A stretch of 64,000 nt of DNA from Candidatus Palauibacter polyketidifaciens (GTDB taxonomy: Bacteria > Gemmatimonadota > Gemmatimonadetes > Palauibacterales > Palauibacteraceae), in NCBI RefSeq assembly GCF_947581785.1, contig NZ_CANPVO010000036.1, forward strand, positions 15,490 through 79,489, given 5' to 3'. Both the position numbers and the translations under genes were made by a program. Of this stretch, positions 38,224 through 46,187 are shown one piece after another. How positions within the stretch are numbered: position 1 is the first letter of the stretch; every line of letters begins with the position of its first letter. The notes below the pieces were generated by a model, which saw only the letters and a program-made list of their open reading frames with translations, did no database searches and was not told the origin of the DNA.

Positions 38224-38712
38224 TTAGTGCTCGTGGACGTGAACGTGGAGCGGCGCGGTCACGAAGTCCGCGTGCCCCGACCCGACCGCACCGTGCATCA
38301 GGCTGAAGGTCACGTCCGTATCGCCCTCCGCCACTCCGTGCAGGTGTCCTCCGAACTCGCCGGGGGTGTCCTGCTCGAACTCCGCGACGGATTCGTCCTC
38401 GACCTCGACCATCAGGTAGAAGTCGCTGCCGAGCGTGACCGCCTGCGCGTTGTGATCTACGAACATGACCTGGATATGGGCGGTTTCCTCGCCGGGCTCG
38501 ACCTCGAGTTCTCCCGTCCACTGTCCGGTGTCTCCGTTGTAGGCGGCGATGTTCTGGCCGCTCAGCGACAGGATCACGCCCTCGACTTCTTCGGCATGAT
38601 CTTCCTCATCGTCATGATCGTGGGGTTCCATGGCGCTGTCGCCGCAGGCGGCAAGGACGAGCAGTCCCGCGGTCAGCAGGGCGAATGGCCGTTTCGGCTG
38701 AAAATGTCTCAT
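38224..38712 (-). CDS. His-rich metal-binding lipoprotein.
   Basis: Lipobox LVLAAC. N-terminal EPHDHDDEEDH, C-terminal GHLHGVAEG...HGAVGSGHADFVTAPLHVHVHEH. It lies 80 bp downstream of the TonB-dependent receptor on the same strand. Confidence 0.65.
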   Translation of the reverse strand: MRHFQPKRPFALLTAGLLVLAACGDSAMEPHDHDDEEDHAEEVEGVILSLSGQNIAAYNGDTGQWTGELEVEPGEETAHIQVMFVDHNAQAVTLGSDFYLMVEVEDESVAEFEQDTPGEFGGHLHGVAEGDTDVTFSLMHGAVGSGHADFVTAPLHVHVHEH

Positions 38713-38791
38713 CTTTCTTCACCTCGTTGTGTTGATGTTCCGGTCGCTCCCGTCACGAAGCATCTCCGCTTGCGGCTTCGTATGGCTCGCT

Positions 38792-41008
38792 CTAGAAGAC
38801 GACGCGATAAGCCACGCTAACAGATCTCCCGGCCTCGGGCATGATCTCCTTCACGCGCGACAAGTGGTTTCTGTACACTGCGTTGCCAAGGTTCTCCCCC
38901 CGTACGGTGATCACGTTCAGCCGCCCAAGAACCGTGATCCGGATGCCGGCGGAGAGATCGAACACTGTATATCCGTCAGTTGCGCTCTCAAAGGGACCCG
39001 TCCGGTCCTGGCCAGCCGCAACCCGCGTTTCCGCTTCGACGAACCAGTTGCGAGGCGCGTAGCCGACGGCGAAGTGCCCCTGCAGCGGCGGGATCAGCGG
39101 AAGCGGTTCGTCTGTCTCCACGATCCTGCCCCGGGTGTACGAAGCCACGGCCTCTACGGTCAGGTCCCCGACCAGCGCCCACTCGAGCGCGCTCTCGAAT
39201 CCCGTGAGCACCGCGTCTTCTCCCTGGAACTGGAAGATCGGCAACCGCACGCGGCTCAACTCTCCCGTCTCGAGCGGGAACACGTAGTCCGCGATGGCGT
39301 TATGGAACCACGTCACCTCGGCGTTCAGCCGGTCACCCACAAGACGCATGAACACGTCGATCCCTGTCCCGCGCTCCACCTCGAGCGACGGGTTCCCGAC
39401 CTCGAAGGCGTAGGCCGCCAGATGGGGACCCTCCGAGAAGAGTTCGTTGACGCTGGGGGTGCGGAACGCCCTGGCGACGGAAGCACCCACCGTGAAGCTC
39501 GGCGTGAGCTGCGCCAGGGCCCCAAGGGACCCGGATGCCGCACCGAACGATCTCTCGCGGATGTGGCCGATGTCGGAGGAGGGATCCTCCCGGTCGGGCC
39601 GCACGCGCACCCAGTCGTAGCGGAGGCCCGCCTCCACGCGTATCGGATTCAGATCGACCTCCTCCAGCACGAACACGGCAAAGGAGGTCTGCGTCGAGTT
39701 CGGCGTGAAGAGGGCGCCTCCGAATCCGAAGTCTTCCCGGGAACCCCGCGTTCCCACCCCTCCCGAGGAGAAGGGGCCCCAGCCGCTGTGGCGGGCGAGG
39801 ACCTCGCCGCTCACCGTCTGGCGCTCGAAGAGCGTTCCCAGGATGTCCGGGGGTTCGATCTCCCGGTGCTCGTACCACGTGTGTCCCGCGTCGACCTCGA
39901 TGCTCTCGAAAACCTCGGCGGGCCGGAGTACGCTGCGCAGCCTGGTCGCGGTCCGCTCCATCTCGACGCGCACCCCGGCGTCGTGACCCCCGACGAATCC
40001 TCCGGGGATGCCGTAGTCGTTGCCGTAGTAGCGGAAGGTCGCGCCGGCATGTCCCCAGTCGTCCACCCACGAGGTTCCGCCGGAAATCTCCCGGATATCC
40101 GTACTCGTATTCTGCAGGGGTCCGACCGGGGTCTCCAGATCGCCGCTGCTGCGACGGGAGAGCTCCAACCGCACCGGGATATGGTCCGTCACGCCATACG
40201 TGAGATTCAGGCTTCCGCTCGCCGCGTTGCTGACGCTCTGTCCCTGGAGGGTGAAGGCGCCCGTAAGGTGGTGCGGCACGGATGAGGGCACATCGTCGCG
40301 AACCACGTTGATGACGCCCCCCAGCGCGTTGCTTCCGTACAGAATCGCACCCGGTCCGCGGATCACCTCGACGCGGCGCGCCGACGATGGATCGATCGCC
40401 GTGGCGTGGTCGGGGCCGCTCGCAAACTCGTCGCCGACCCGTTCCCCATCCTCGAGCATCAGGATGCGGTCACCGCTGAGCCCCCGGATCACCGGGTGCG
40501 CAGAGGCCGGCCCCATGGTGCTCACCGCCAGCCCCGGCTCGGAGGACAACGTCTCCGCCAGGGTTCCGGCCAGACGACGCTGCAGATCCTCTCCCGCGAA
40601 TACGCTGGTCGGGCGCAGCACTTCGTTCGCCGCGCGGGCCACGACCGACCCCGTGACCACGAGGTCCGGCAGCGGGATGGGATTGGCCTCCATCGTCACC
40701 AGTACGATCTCTTCCGCCGATGCATCGACTTCCAGCGCGACCGTGCGGTAGCCCAGCCGTTCGACCCGCACCGTGTAGGTTCGCGGGCCCGGCACCGGGA
40801 GGTGGAACGTGCCGTCACCGTGCGAGACCGCCCGGCCACCCGAAGCAGCGATGGAGACCATGGCGCCGGCGAGAGGCTCGTTGGAGTCGGCATCGCGCAC
40901 GATGCCCTCGATCTCACCCGCGTGTTCCACCTGCGCGGACGAGTCGGTGGCTCCAACAGCCATTGCCAATGCGGCCGGGATCAGACCGGCCAGACGCCTT
41001 GTCACCAT
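38792..41008 (-). CDS. TonB-dependent outer-membrane receptor with N-terminal CarbopepD_reg domain.
   Basis: Signal MVTRRLAGLIPAALAMAVGATDSSAQ. CarbopepD_reg (EGIVRDADSNEPLAGAMVSIAA...YTVRVERLGY). Plug (PVIRGLSGDRILMLEDGERVGDE). 22-strand barrel ending ...SVAYRVVF (C-terminal aromatic). Confidence 0.85.
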   Translation of the reverse strand: MVTRRLAGLIPAALAMAVGATDSSAQVEHAGEIEGIVRDADSNEPLAGAMVSIAASGGRAVSHGDGTFHLPVPGPRTYTVRVERLGYRTVALEVDASAEEIVLVTMEANPIPLPDLVVTGSVVARAANEVLRPTSVFAGEDLQRRLAGTLAETLSSEPGLAVSTMGPASAHPVIRGLSGDRILMLEDGERVGDEFASGPDHATAIDPSSARRVEVIRGPGAILYGSNALGGVINVVRDDVPSSVPHHLTGAFTLQGQSVSNAASGSLNLTYGVTDHIPVRLELSRRSSGDLETPVGPLQNTSTDIREISGGTSWVDDWGHAGATFRYYGNDYGIPGGFVGGHDAGVRVEMERTATRLRSVLRPAEVFESIEVDAGHTWYEHREIEPPDILGTLFERQTVSGEVLARHSGWGPFSSGGVGTRGSREDFGFGGALFTPNSTQTSFAVFVLEEVDLNPIRVEAGLRYDWVRVRPDREDPSSDIGHIRERSFGAASGSLGALAQLTPSFTVGASVARAFRTPSVNELFSEGPHLAAYAFEVGNPSLEVERGTGIDVFMRLVGDRLNAEVTWFHNAIADYVFPLETGELSRVRLPIFQFQGEDAVLTGFESALEWALVGDLTVEAVASYTRGRIVETDEPLPLIPPLQGHFAVGYAPRNWFVEAETRVAAGQDRTGPFESATDGYTVFDLSAGIRITVLGRLNVITVRGENLGNAVYRNHLSRVKEIMPEAGRSVSVAYRVVF

Positions 41009-41168
41009 GGACAGCCTTCTTCGAGACGCAACGGCAACCGCTTCTGCTGGAGCGGCGCGGTGCATCTCGCTGAAAACGCTTCTGCGGGTAACGGGTGTTT
41101 CGGGAGACTTGCGATCCGCCTCCCACGGGACGATCGGGGGGCTTCCGGGACGACGGCCCGGAAGCGGG

Positions 41169-41663
41169 TCAGGCTCGAGGAGGGGCTCGGGGACCGCTCC
41201 CGCCGGGCGGTGTCGGGCGGCGTTGCCAGACGTTCGCGGTCGGGGTGTCGGGGCTGGTCTCGGATACCGCCGACAGCTCGATCGGTATCAGGGGAGGAAA
41301 CCCCGGCGACACGGTACGGGCCAACTGGCACAGCAGGTGGTTGTGCCCGGAGTCGCCCTCTTCGTGCTCCCCTTCAACGTGCACGACGGCGCTCGGCGCT
41401 TCGGCTTCAAGCACCGCATCCACCGCTGGCAGAATGGCGAACACCAAGGCCTGAAGGAGGACGATGGCGTGAACGCCGAGCCGGCGAAGATCCCGCGGCT
41501 GTTGAGGAGGAATCCGCTTCACAGCTATGCCGTCAGAGTATTCCGGGTGCCGCCAAAGGGCACTCCGGATCAAGTGCTGGAAGCTGCGTTCGGTGGCGGA
41601 ACGAGTCAAGTTGGCGGCCCGTCCGCATCGGGCGGTTGCCGCGGATCGCGGAACGGGTAGCAT
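41169..41663 (-). CDS. Possible small His/Cys-containing membrane protein upstream of the TonB receptor. Weak call.
   Basis: ATG at 41663. One TM (VHAIVLLQALVFAILPAVDAVL) followed by HVEGEHEEGDSGHNHLLCQ. It lies between the receptor and the divergently transcribed copC. Composition is partly shadow-like. Confidence 0.3.
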   Translation of the reverse strand: MLPVPRSAATARCGRAANLTRSATERSFQHLIRSALWRHPEYSDGIAVKRIPPQQPRDLRRLGVHAIVLLQALVFAILPAVDAVLEAEAPSAVVHVEGEHEEGDSGHNHLLCQLARTVSPGFPPLIPIELSAVSETSPDTPTANVWQRRPTPPGGSGPRAPPRA

Positions 41664-41773
41664 CCTGAAGGTGTACCCGGGACTTTTGAAGTCTCGGGAG
41701 GCTCGGGGGCAAGCGGCGGATGCGCCGTCGTTCGACCCCGGATGACTCAGCGTATCAGGATCGGGACGAGTCG

Positions 41774-42157
41774 ATGTCCAGATGGATTCGAAGAGGGGCA
41801 GCCGTCGTGGCGGCCGCCGCGTTCTCGACGGCGGGCGTCTTCGTCGGCGCGCACCTCGCCCTCGAGGCGTCGTCTCCGAAGAAGGACGCGCTGGTGACGA
41901 CCAGCCCCGAGACGGTCACGCTGTGGTTCACGGAGGCCCCGCAGATGGCCGGGACGTCCGTTCGGCTCCTGCCGAAGGGGGGCGAACCCCTCGACCTCGA
42001 GCCGGCGACCGCGGATCGGGACGACCCCAGCGTCGTCGTGCTGGAGGTCAGCGAGACGCTCGCGGACGGCGACTACGAGGTGATGTGGCGCGCCATGTCG
42101 CAGGACGGCCACACGATCCGCGGCGACTTCGGCTTCACGGTGCAAACCGCCCGCTGA
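41774..42157 (+). CDS. copC: CopC-family periplasmic copper-binding protein.
   Basis: Signal MSRWIRRGAAVVAAAAFSTAGVFVGA. The mature N-terminal HLALEASSPKKDALVTTSPETVTLWFTE is the CopC H-x-x-L-x-x-S-x-P signature. WRAMSQDGHTIRGDFGFTV. Confidence 0.8.
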   Translation: MSRWIRRGAAVVAAAAFSTAGVFVGAHLALEASSPKKDALVTTSPETVTLWFTEAPQMAGTSVRLLPKGGEPLDLEPATADRDDPSVVVLEVSETLADGDYEVMWRAMSQDGHTIRGDFGFTVQTAR

Positions 42158-42160
42158 ATC

Positions 42161-42188
42161 CCGGCCGGATCCCGGCCCCGGCCGGGAG
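42161..42188. terminator. Perfect 9-bp GC hairpin between convergent copC and the ArsC-like gene.
   Basis: CCCGGCCGG-ATCCCGGCC-CCGGCCGGG; stem 9 bp. Confidence 0.35.
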
Positions 42189-42194
42189 GCGACG

Positions 42195-42518
42195 CTACAG
42201 TTCCGCGAGCGCTTCGGCGTTGAAGCCGACCAGGAGCGTGGTTCCCGCCAGCACGATCGGCGCGCGGTACTTCCCCGTGGGCCCCTTGAGCGCATCGAGT
42301 TCGGTCTCGGCCGGGTCCAGGTCGCGCCGGCTCCTTCCCTTCGCAATGACCACGCGCTCGGCGGCCGCCAGCAGCGCCCGCACGTCGTCATCCGTGAGCG
42401 GCGACTTCGTGGTGGATCGTTCCTCCGCGATCGTCGCGCCGGTCTCGTCGAACACCGCACGGGTGCGTTTGCAGCTCGTTCAGCCCGGGCGCTGGTAGTA
42501 GAGCGTAACCTCGGTCAT
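42195..42518 (-). CDS. ArsC/Spx/YffB-family thioredoxin-fold protein with an in-frame TGA at the catalytic Cys position. Candidate selenoprotein (alternatively a nonsense pseudogene).
   Basis: GGAGA 7 nt before ATG 42518. MTEVTLYYQRPG-TGA(42480-42482)-TSCKRTRAVFDETGATIAEERSTTKSPL...RAPIVLAGTTLLVGFNAEALAEL ends at TAG 42195; the reading frame stays open across the TGA to that stop. The family motif is LYxxxxC-x-x-C (YffB NCDTCKKA; Spx CTSCRKA). Here it reads U-T-S-C. Confidence 0.6.
42480..42482 (-). other. In-frame UGA, candidate selenocysteine codon.
   Basis: It replaces the first Cys of the C-x-x-C redox motif of the ArsC-family gene. Confidence 0.5.
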
Positions 42519-42528
42519 CTCGGTCTCC

Positions 42529-43059
42529 TCAGTCTTCGGCGCGGGCGGCCAGGTATCGCTCCCTGAGCGCGTCCCGGTGGTGAAGCTCGTGGCCGGCGAT
42601 GATATGGATGAGCGCCCGCACCGTGCACTCGGCGCCGCTCGCGACTCCCCGGCGCGAGAGCGCGTCTTCGTCGAGCGAGGCGAAGAAGGCCGCGTTCGCG
42701 GTGCGCAGCGCACGGAATTCATGCAGCAGTTCCGGGATGGGACGATCGGCCGCGTTGGAGGCCGCGGCCCATTCAACCTGATCCATCCCCGGCAGCTCCG
42801 CCGAATCCGCGCGGGCGATGTGGAGCGCGCGATAGGAGAAGATCCGCTCGGTGTCGATCACATGACCCAGCACTTCGCGGCACGTCCACTTCCCCGGCTC
42901 GTACGCGAAGTGCTCGCGTTCGCCGGGGAGGCCGGAGAGAAGCGCGTCGAGTTCGTCGGGCGCCTCGCTGAGGACATCGACCAAGGGCCGGTCGGCCGGT
43001 ACGCGGTCGATGTAGGTGGAGTAGTACTCGCCGTGTTCGTCGGGTCCAGGTCGGTTCAT
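42529..43059 (-). CDS. DinB/YfiT-like (DinB_2) metal-dependent protein; the superfamily includes thiol-dependent S-transferases.
   Basis: MNRPGPDEHGEYYSTYIDRVP...WTCREVLGHVIDTERIF...IIAGHELHHRDALRERY: the His triad of the DinB_2 fold. Stop is 10 bp before the ArsC-like ATG. Confidence 0.8.
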   Translation of the reverse strand: MNRPGPDEHGEYYSTYIDRVPADRPLVDVLSEAPDELDALLSGLPGEREHFAYEPGKWTCREVLGHVIDTERIFSYRALHIARADSAELPGMDQVEWAAASNAADRPIPELLHEFRALRTANAAFFASLDEDALSRRGVASGAECTVRALIHIIAGHELHHRDALRERYLAARAED

Positions 43060-43105
43060 GGCCGGCAAGCTATCGACCTCGCCGTCCCGGCGACATCTTG
43101 TCCCC

Positions 43106-44026
43106 ATGAACCACCGCTCGATTCCCATCGCGACGGTCGTCTGTGCCCTGCTCGGAACGGCTTCGGCCGCCCTCGCGCAGGGGGCTCCGGGGGCGTGCGT
43201 CGCCCCGGGATCCTCGCTGCGCCTCGACCACGTGCCCATCGCCGTCGAAGACCTCGAGGCCCTCTCGCAGCGACTCACCGACGAGTTCGGTTTCCGGGTC
43301 CGGAGTCCCGAGCGGGACGAGAACGGTCTCGCGACGGCATCGATTCCGTTCGGCGACGGGACCCGGCTCGAACTGAGGACGATGAAACCTGCCCCTGCCC
43401 CCGGCCCCGACGCGCCGGGCACCGTGGAAGCGCAGCGTTACGCGGACCTCATCGCCGATGGCGGAGGCGGGGCGTATCTCGCGTTCTCCGGTCCGACGCC
43501 GGCGGGCGTCCTGGAGATCGCGGGCGAACTTGAACCCGAGTTGGCCGCGGTTTCGGGCGGAGCGGGCCCCCGGGTCGTCTTCCCCCGAGGCCACCCGCTT
43601 CACCCCGTGTTCTTCGTGACCTCCGATCCCGGGAGGGCGACGTCGGCGGACCCGGCGCCGCACCCGAACGGCGCCCGCGGACTCGAGGCGGTGTGGGTGA
43701 TGGTGGAAGACCCGGAGCGCCTCACGCGGTTCCTGCTCGCCTTCGGGGCCCGCGACTGCGGCCCGTCGCGACACCCCGAGCACCTGCATGGGCGCGCCGT
43801 CGGCATCCGCGGCGGCACCGTCTACGTCGTCGACGCGCGCCTCTGGATGGCCGATCCGGAGTCCGCCCCGGTCGTGTCGCTGACCGTGCGCGGCGGACCC
43901 GGGTCCGTCTCCGACAACATCGTGCTCGGCAACGCCGGCGGGCTCTGGATCGAACTGCGACCCTCCGACGCCGGCTCCGATCCGACCAATCCGGCCGGCC
44001 CGGCCGACCCCGAGGAGGACGGATGA
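43106..44026 (+). CDS. Secreted glyoxalase/VOC-like hypothetical protein.
   Basis: Signal MNHRSIPIATVVCALLGTASAALAQ. LRLDHVPIAVEDLEALSQRLTDEFGFRV resembles the VOC beta-alpha-beta-beta-beta N-terminus. Confidence 0.6.
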   Translation: MNHRSIPIATVVCALLGTASAALAQGAPGACVAPGSSLRLDHVPIAVEDLEALSQRLTDEFGFRVRSPERDENGLATASIPFGDGTRLELRTMKPAPAPGPDAPGTVEAQRYADLIADGGGGAYLAFSGPTPAGVLEIAGELEPELAAVSGGAGPRVVFPRGHPLHPVFFVTSDPGRATSADPAPHPNGARGLEAVWVMVEDPERLTRFLLAFGARDCGPSRHPEHLHGRAVGIRGGTVYVVDARLWMADPESAPVVSLTVRGGPGSVSDNIVLGNAGGLWIELRPSDAGSDPTNPAGPADPEEDG

Positions 44027-44967
44027 CGATCCACACGCTCGACGCGCGGACCTCCATCGTCGATCTGAAGTTCCAGGGCTTCGACCTCGCCATCGGCACC
44101 GGAGTCCTGGAAACCGGGGATGGAATCGCGCTCGTCGACCCCGGGCCCACGACCTGCCTCCCCGCGCTGGAGGCCGGGCTCGGGGAGGCCGGATCCGGCC
44201 TCCCCGACGTGCGCGCGATCCTGCTCACGCACATCCACCTCGATCACGCCACGGCCGCCGGGACCATCGTGAGCCGGGTGCCCGAGGCGCGGGTCTACGT
44301 GCACCCCGTGGGGGCGACCCACATGATCCGGCCGGAGCGTCTCCTCGCCTCGGCCGGCCGCATCTACGGCGACCGGATGGAGACGCTGTGGGGAGAGTTC
44401 CTTCCGGTGCCCGCGGAGTCCGTCACTGCGGTGGACGAGGGGGATGCCCTGCAACTTGGCGATCGTGCGCTGCGCGTCGCCTACACGCCCGGCCATGCGA
44501 AGCACCATGTCGCCTATTTCGAGGACGACGGAGGGACGGCGTGGGTGGGCGATGTGGGCGGCATCCGCATCCCGCCGGGGGGCGTGATCCCGGTCACTCC
44601 CGTACCCGACATCGACGTCGAAGGCTGGAACGCGAGCATGGAGCGGGTCATGGCGTGGGGTCCCGACCGCATCATCCCGACCCACTTCGGGGCGGTCGAG
44701 GACCCGGCCGCCCACTTCGCGAAACTCCGCGACGAACTCGCGCGCTGGGCCCGCATCGTGCGCGAGTCGCTGGGCGAAGAGGACGCGGCGGAGCCGGACA
44801 CGTCCGCCGACCCCGCCCGGGCCCGGGCCTTCGCGGCGTGGGTGGAGCAAGACCTGCGCGGGCGCATGCCGGCGGAGCCCGTGGACACCTACATCAACGC
44901 TTTCGGCGCCGGCGACTCGTGGTGGGGCCTCGCCCGCTACTGGCGCAAGCGAACCTCGGCCGCATGA
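44023..44967 (+). CDS. MBL-fold metallo-hydrolase.
   Basis: ATG overlaps the upstream stop (ATGA). LLTHIHLDHATAAG (HxHxDH). Later GHAKHH. Confidence 0.8.
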   Translation: MTIHTLDARTSIVDLKFQGFDLAIGTGVLETGDGIALVDPGPTTCLPALEAGLGEAGSGLPDVRAILLTHIHLDHATAAGTIVSRVPEARVYVHPVGATHMIRPERLLASAGRIYGDRMETLWGEFLPVPAESVTAVDEGDALQLGDRALRVAYTPGHAKHHVAYFEDDGGTAWVGDVGGIRIPPGGVIPVTPVPDIDVEGWNASMERVMAWGPDRIIPTHFGAVEDPAAHFAKLRDELARWARIVRESLGEEDAAEPDTSADPARARAFAAWVEQDLRGRMPAEPVDTYINAFGAGDSWWGLARYWRKRTSAA

Positions 44968-45206
44968 AGCTGACGCCGCCGGTCGCGGGCTTCGCGAGCC
45001 TTCTCGTCCCGGGTCTCGGCCAACTCCTGCAGCGCCGAGTCCGAGCAACAGGCGTCTCGCTGGCCAACGCCGCCCTGCTGGTGTATTCGATCACCCATTG
45101 GCTCGCGGACGGCGAGCCGCTCGACTTGATGTGCTCCATCGCCTGCGCGGCCGTGCATGTATTCCAGGCCCTCGAAGCCGTGGAGCACGACCGCGCGGAG
45201 CTATGA
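44964..45206 (+). CDS. Small membrane protein, 80 aa, hypothetical.
   Basis: ATGA overlap with the MBL stop. Two hydrophobic segments (AGFASLLVPGLGQLL; ANAALLVYSITHWLA). Confidence 0.5.
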   Translation: MKLTPPVAGFASLLVPGLGQLLQRRVRATGVSLANAALLVYSITHWLADGEPLDLMCSIACAAVHVFQALEAVEHDRAEL

Positions 45207-45223
45207 ACCCACCCGTAGTGGCT

Positions 45224-45673
45224 TCAGGATTCCACGACTTTGAGCCGGATTGAGATTTCGGGCTCGCGAAGATCGTACCGCAGGTGAATCCATGTTTTTC
45301 CGACCGCCAACCCCGTGATCGTCCAGGAGGAGTACAGCGCGGCGGTTGCGCTGTACTCCTCGATCCGAGCCACACTCAGGTCATCGATCGTCCAGTTCGG
45401 TCGCGCGACGAACAGATAGGAACAGTTTGAGTGGAATTCACGGTCCCTGCCCCACCGGCGCCGGTTCAGGATATGTACGCGAACCCTCTTCGATCCACCC
45501 ACTGGAACTACGATCTCATCGCCTGGTTCGAGATCTGGCTGGAGATCGATCACGGTCGAACAAGGAAACGGCAAATGCCCGGATACGACCTCGGCCCCGC
45601 CGCACGCCACCAGGAAGAGAAGCGCTACCGCGGACGGCTGCCGGACTCGCCACAAGCCCCTCACCCCGGGCAT
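45224..45673 (-). CDS. Small Ig-like (Big_2-like) lipoprotein A, tandem paralog.
   Basis: MPGVRGLWRVRQPSAVALLFLVACGG lipobox. Two Cys in the mature part. NWTIDDLSVARIEEYS...WTITGLAVGKTWI. Lower GC than genome background. Confidence 0.6.
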   Translation of the reverse strand: MPGVRGLWRVRQPSAVALLFLVACGGAEVVSGHLPFPCSTVIDLQPDLEPGDEIVVPVGGSKRVRVHILNRRRWGRDREFHSNCSYLFVARPNWTIDDLSVARIEEYSATAALYSSWTITGLAVGKTWIHLRYDLREPEISIRLKVVES

Positions 45674-45729
45674 ACGGTCTCGCCGCAGCCGGTGTCGACG
45701 GGGATCGTCCATGTGACCGAGGGTTGCTC
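45652..45729. repeat. Copy 2 of a ~77-bp direct repeat (about 95% identical to 46110-46187). It spans the stop of the upstream ORF and the start/signal-peptide codons of the lipoprotein gene.
   Basis: TCACCCCGGGCATACGGTCTCGCCGCAGCCGGTGTCGACGGGGATCGTCCATGTGACCGAGGGTTGCTC versus TCACCCAGGGCATACCGTCTCGCCGCAGCCGGTGTCGACCGGGATCGTCCATGTGACCGAGGGTTGTTC. There are 4 mismatches. Confidence 0.6.
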
Positions 45730-46131
45730 CACGACTTTGAGTCGCTTAGAGATTTCGGTGAACGGACTATGATGCCGCAAGCGGATCGATGTTTCGCCGA
45801 CTGCCAACCCTGTGATGGTCCAAACGCCTGTGCTGTATTCGACGATCCGAGCTACGTTGGGATCGTCGATCGTCCAGGTCAGTCGCGCGACTGACCACTC
45901 GGGGCAACCGCGGTAGTAGTTCGGCTCCCGGTCCGGAAGCTGCCGGATTTGCACGTGAACCCGCCGCACTTCAGCCACCCGAACTACGATGTCAAAGCGT
46001 GGTTCGACTTCGATCAGAGCCGAGCAAGGAGCCGGACTGCCCTCTAGCACCGCCTCGTCGCATGCCGCCAGTAGCGAGAGCGCTACCAGTGGTAGCAGCC
46101 GGAACCTCCGCAGCCCACTCACCCAGGGCAT
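45661..46131 (-). CDS. Small Ig-like lipoprotein B, paralog of A, carrying the same 22-aa C-terminal tail as the S8 protease.
   Basis: MPWVSGLRRFRLLPLVALSLLAACDE. TWTIDDPNVARIVEYS...WTITGLAVGETSI. C-terminus EQPSVTWTIPVDTGCGETVCPG. Confidence 0.6.
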   Translation of the reverse strand: MPWVSGLRRFRLLPLVALSLLAACDEAVLEGSPAPCSALIEVEPRFDIVVRVAEVRRVHVQIRQLPDREPNYYRGCPEWSVARLTWTIDDPNVARIVEYSTGVWTITGLAVGETSIRLRHHSPFTEISKRLKVVEQPSVTWTIPVDTGCGETVCPG

Positions 46132-46187
46132 ACCGTCTCGCCGCAGCCGGTGTCGACCGGGATCGTCCATGTGACCGAGGGTTGTTC
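46110..46187. repeat. Copy 1 of the ~77-bp junction repeat.
   Basis: See copy 2. The two copies are 458 bp apart. Confidence 0.6.

Noticed and set aside
42195-42518. The ArsC-like gene as a plain nonsense-mutated pseudogene.
   Set aside because: Not excluded, but disfavoured as the first reading. The single stop falls exactly on the catalytic Cys codon (TGC versus TGA), the frame is otherwise intact for 107 codons, there is a good RBS, and the gene is tightly spaced after the DinB-like gene. It is kept as the alternative explanation under finding 1.
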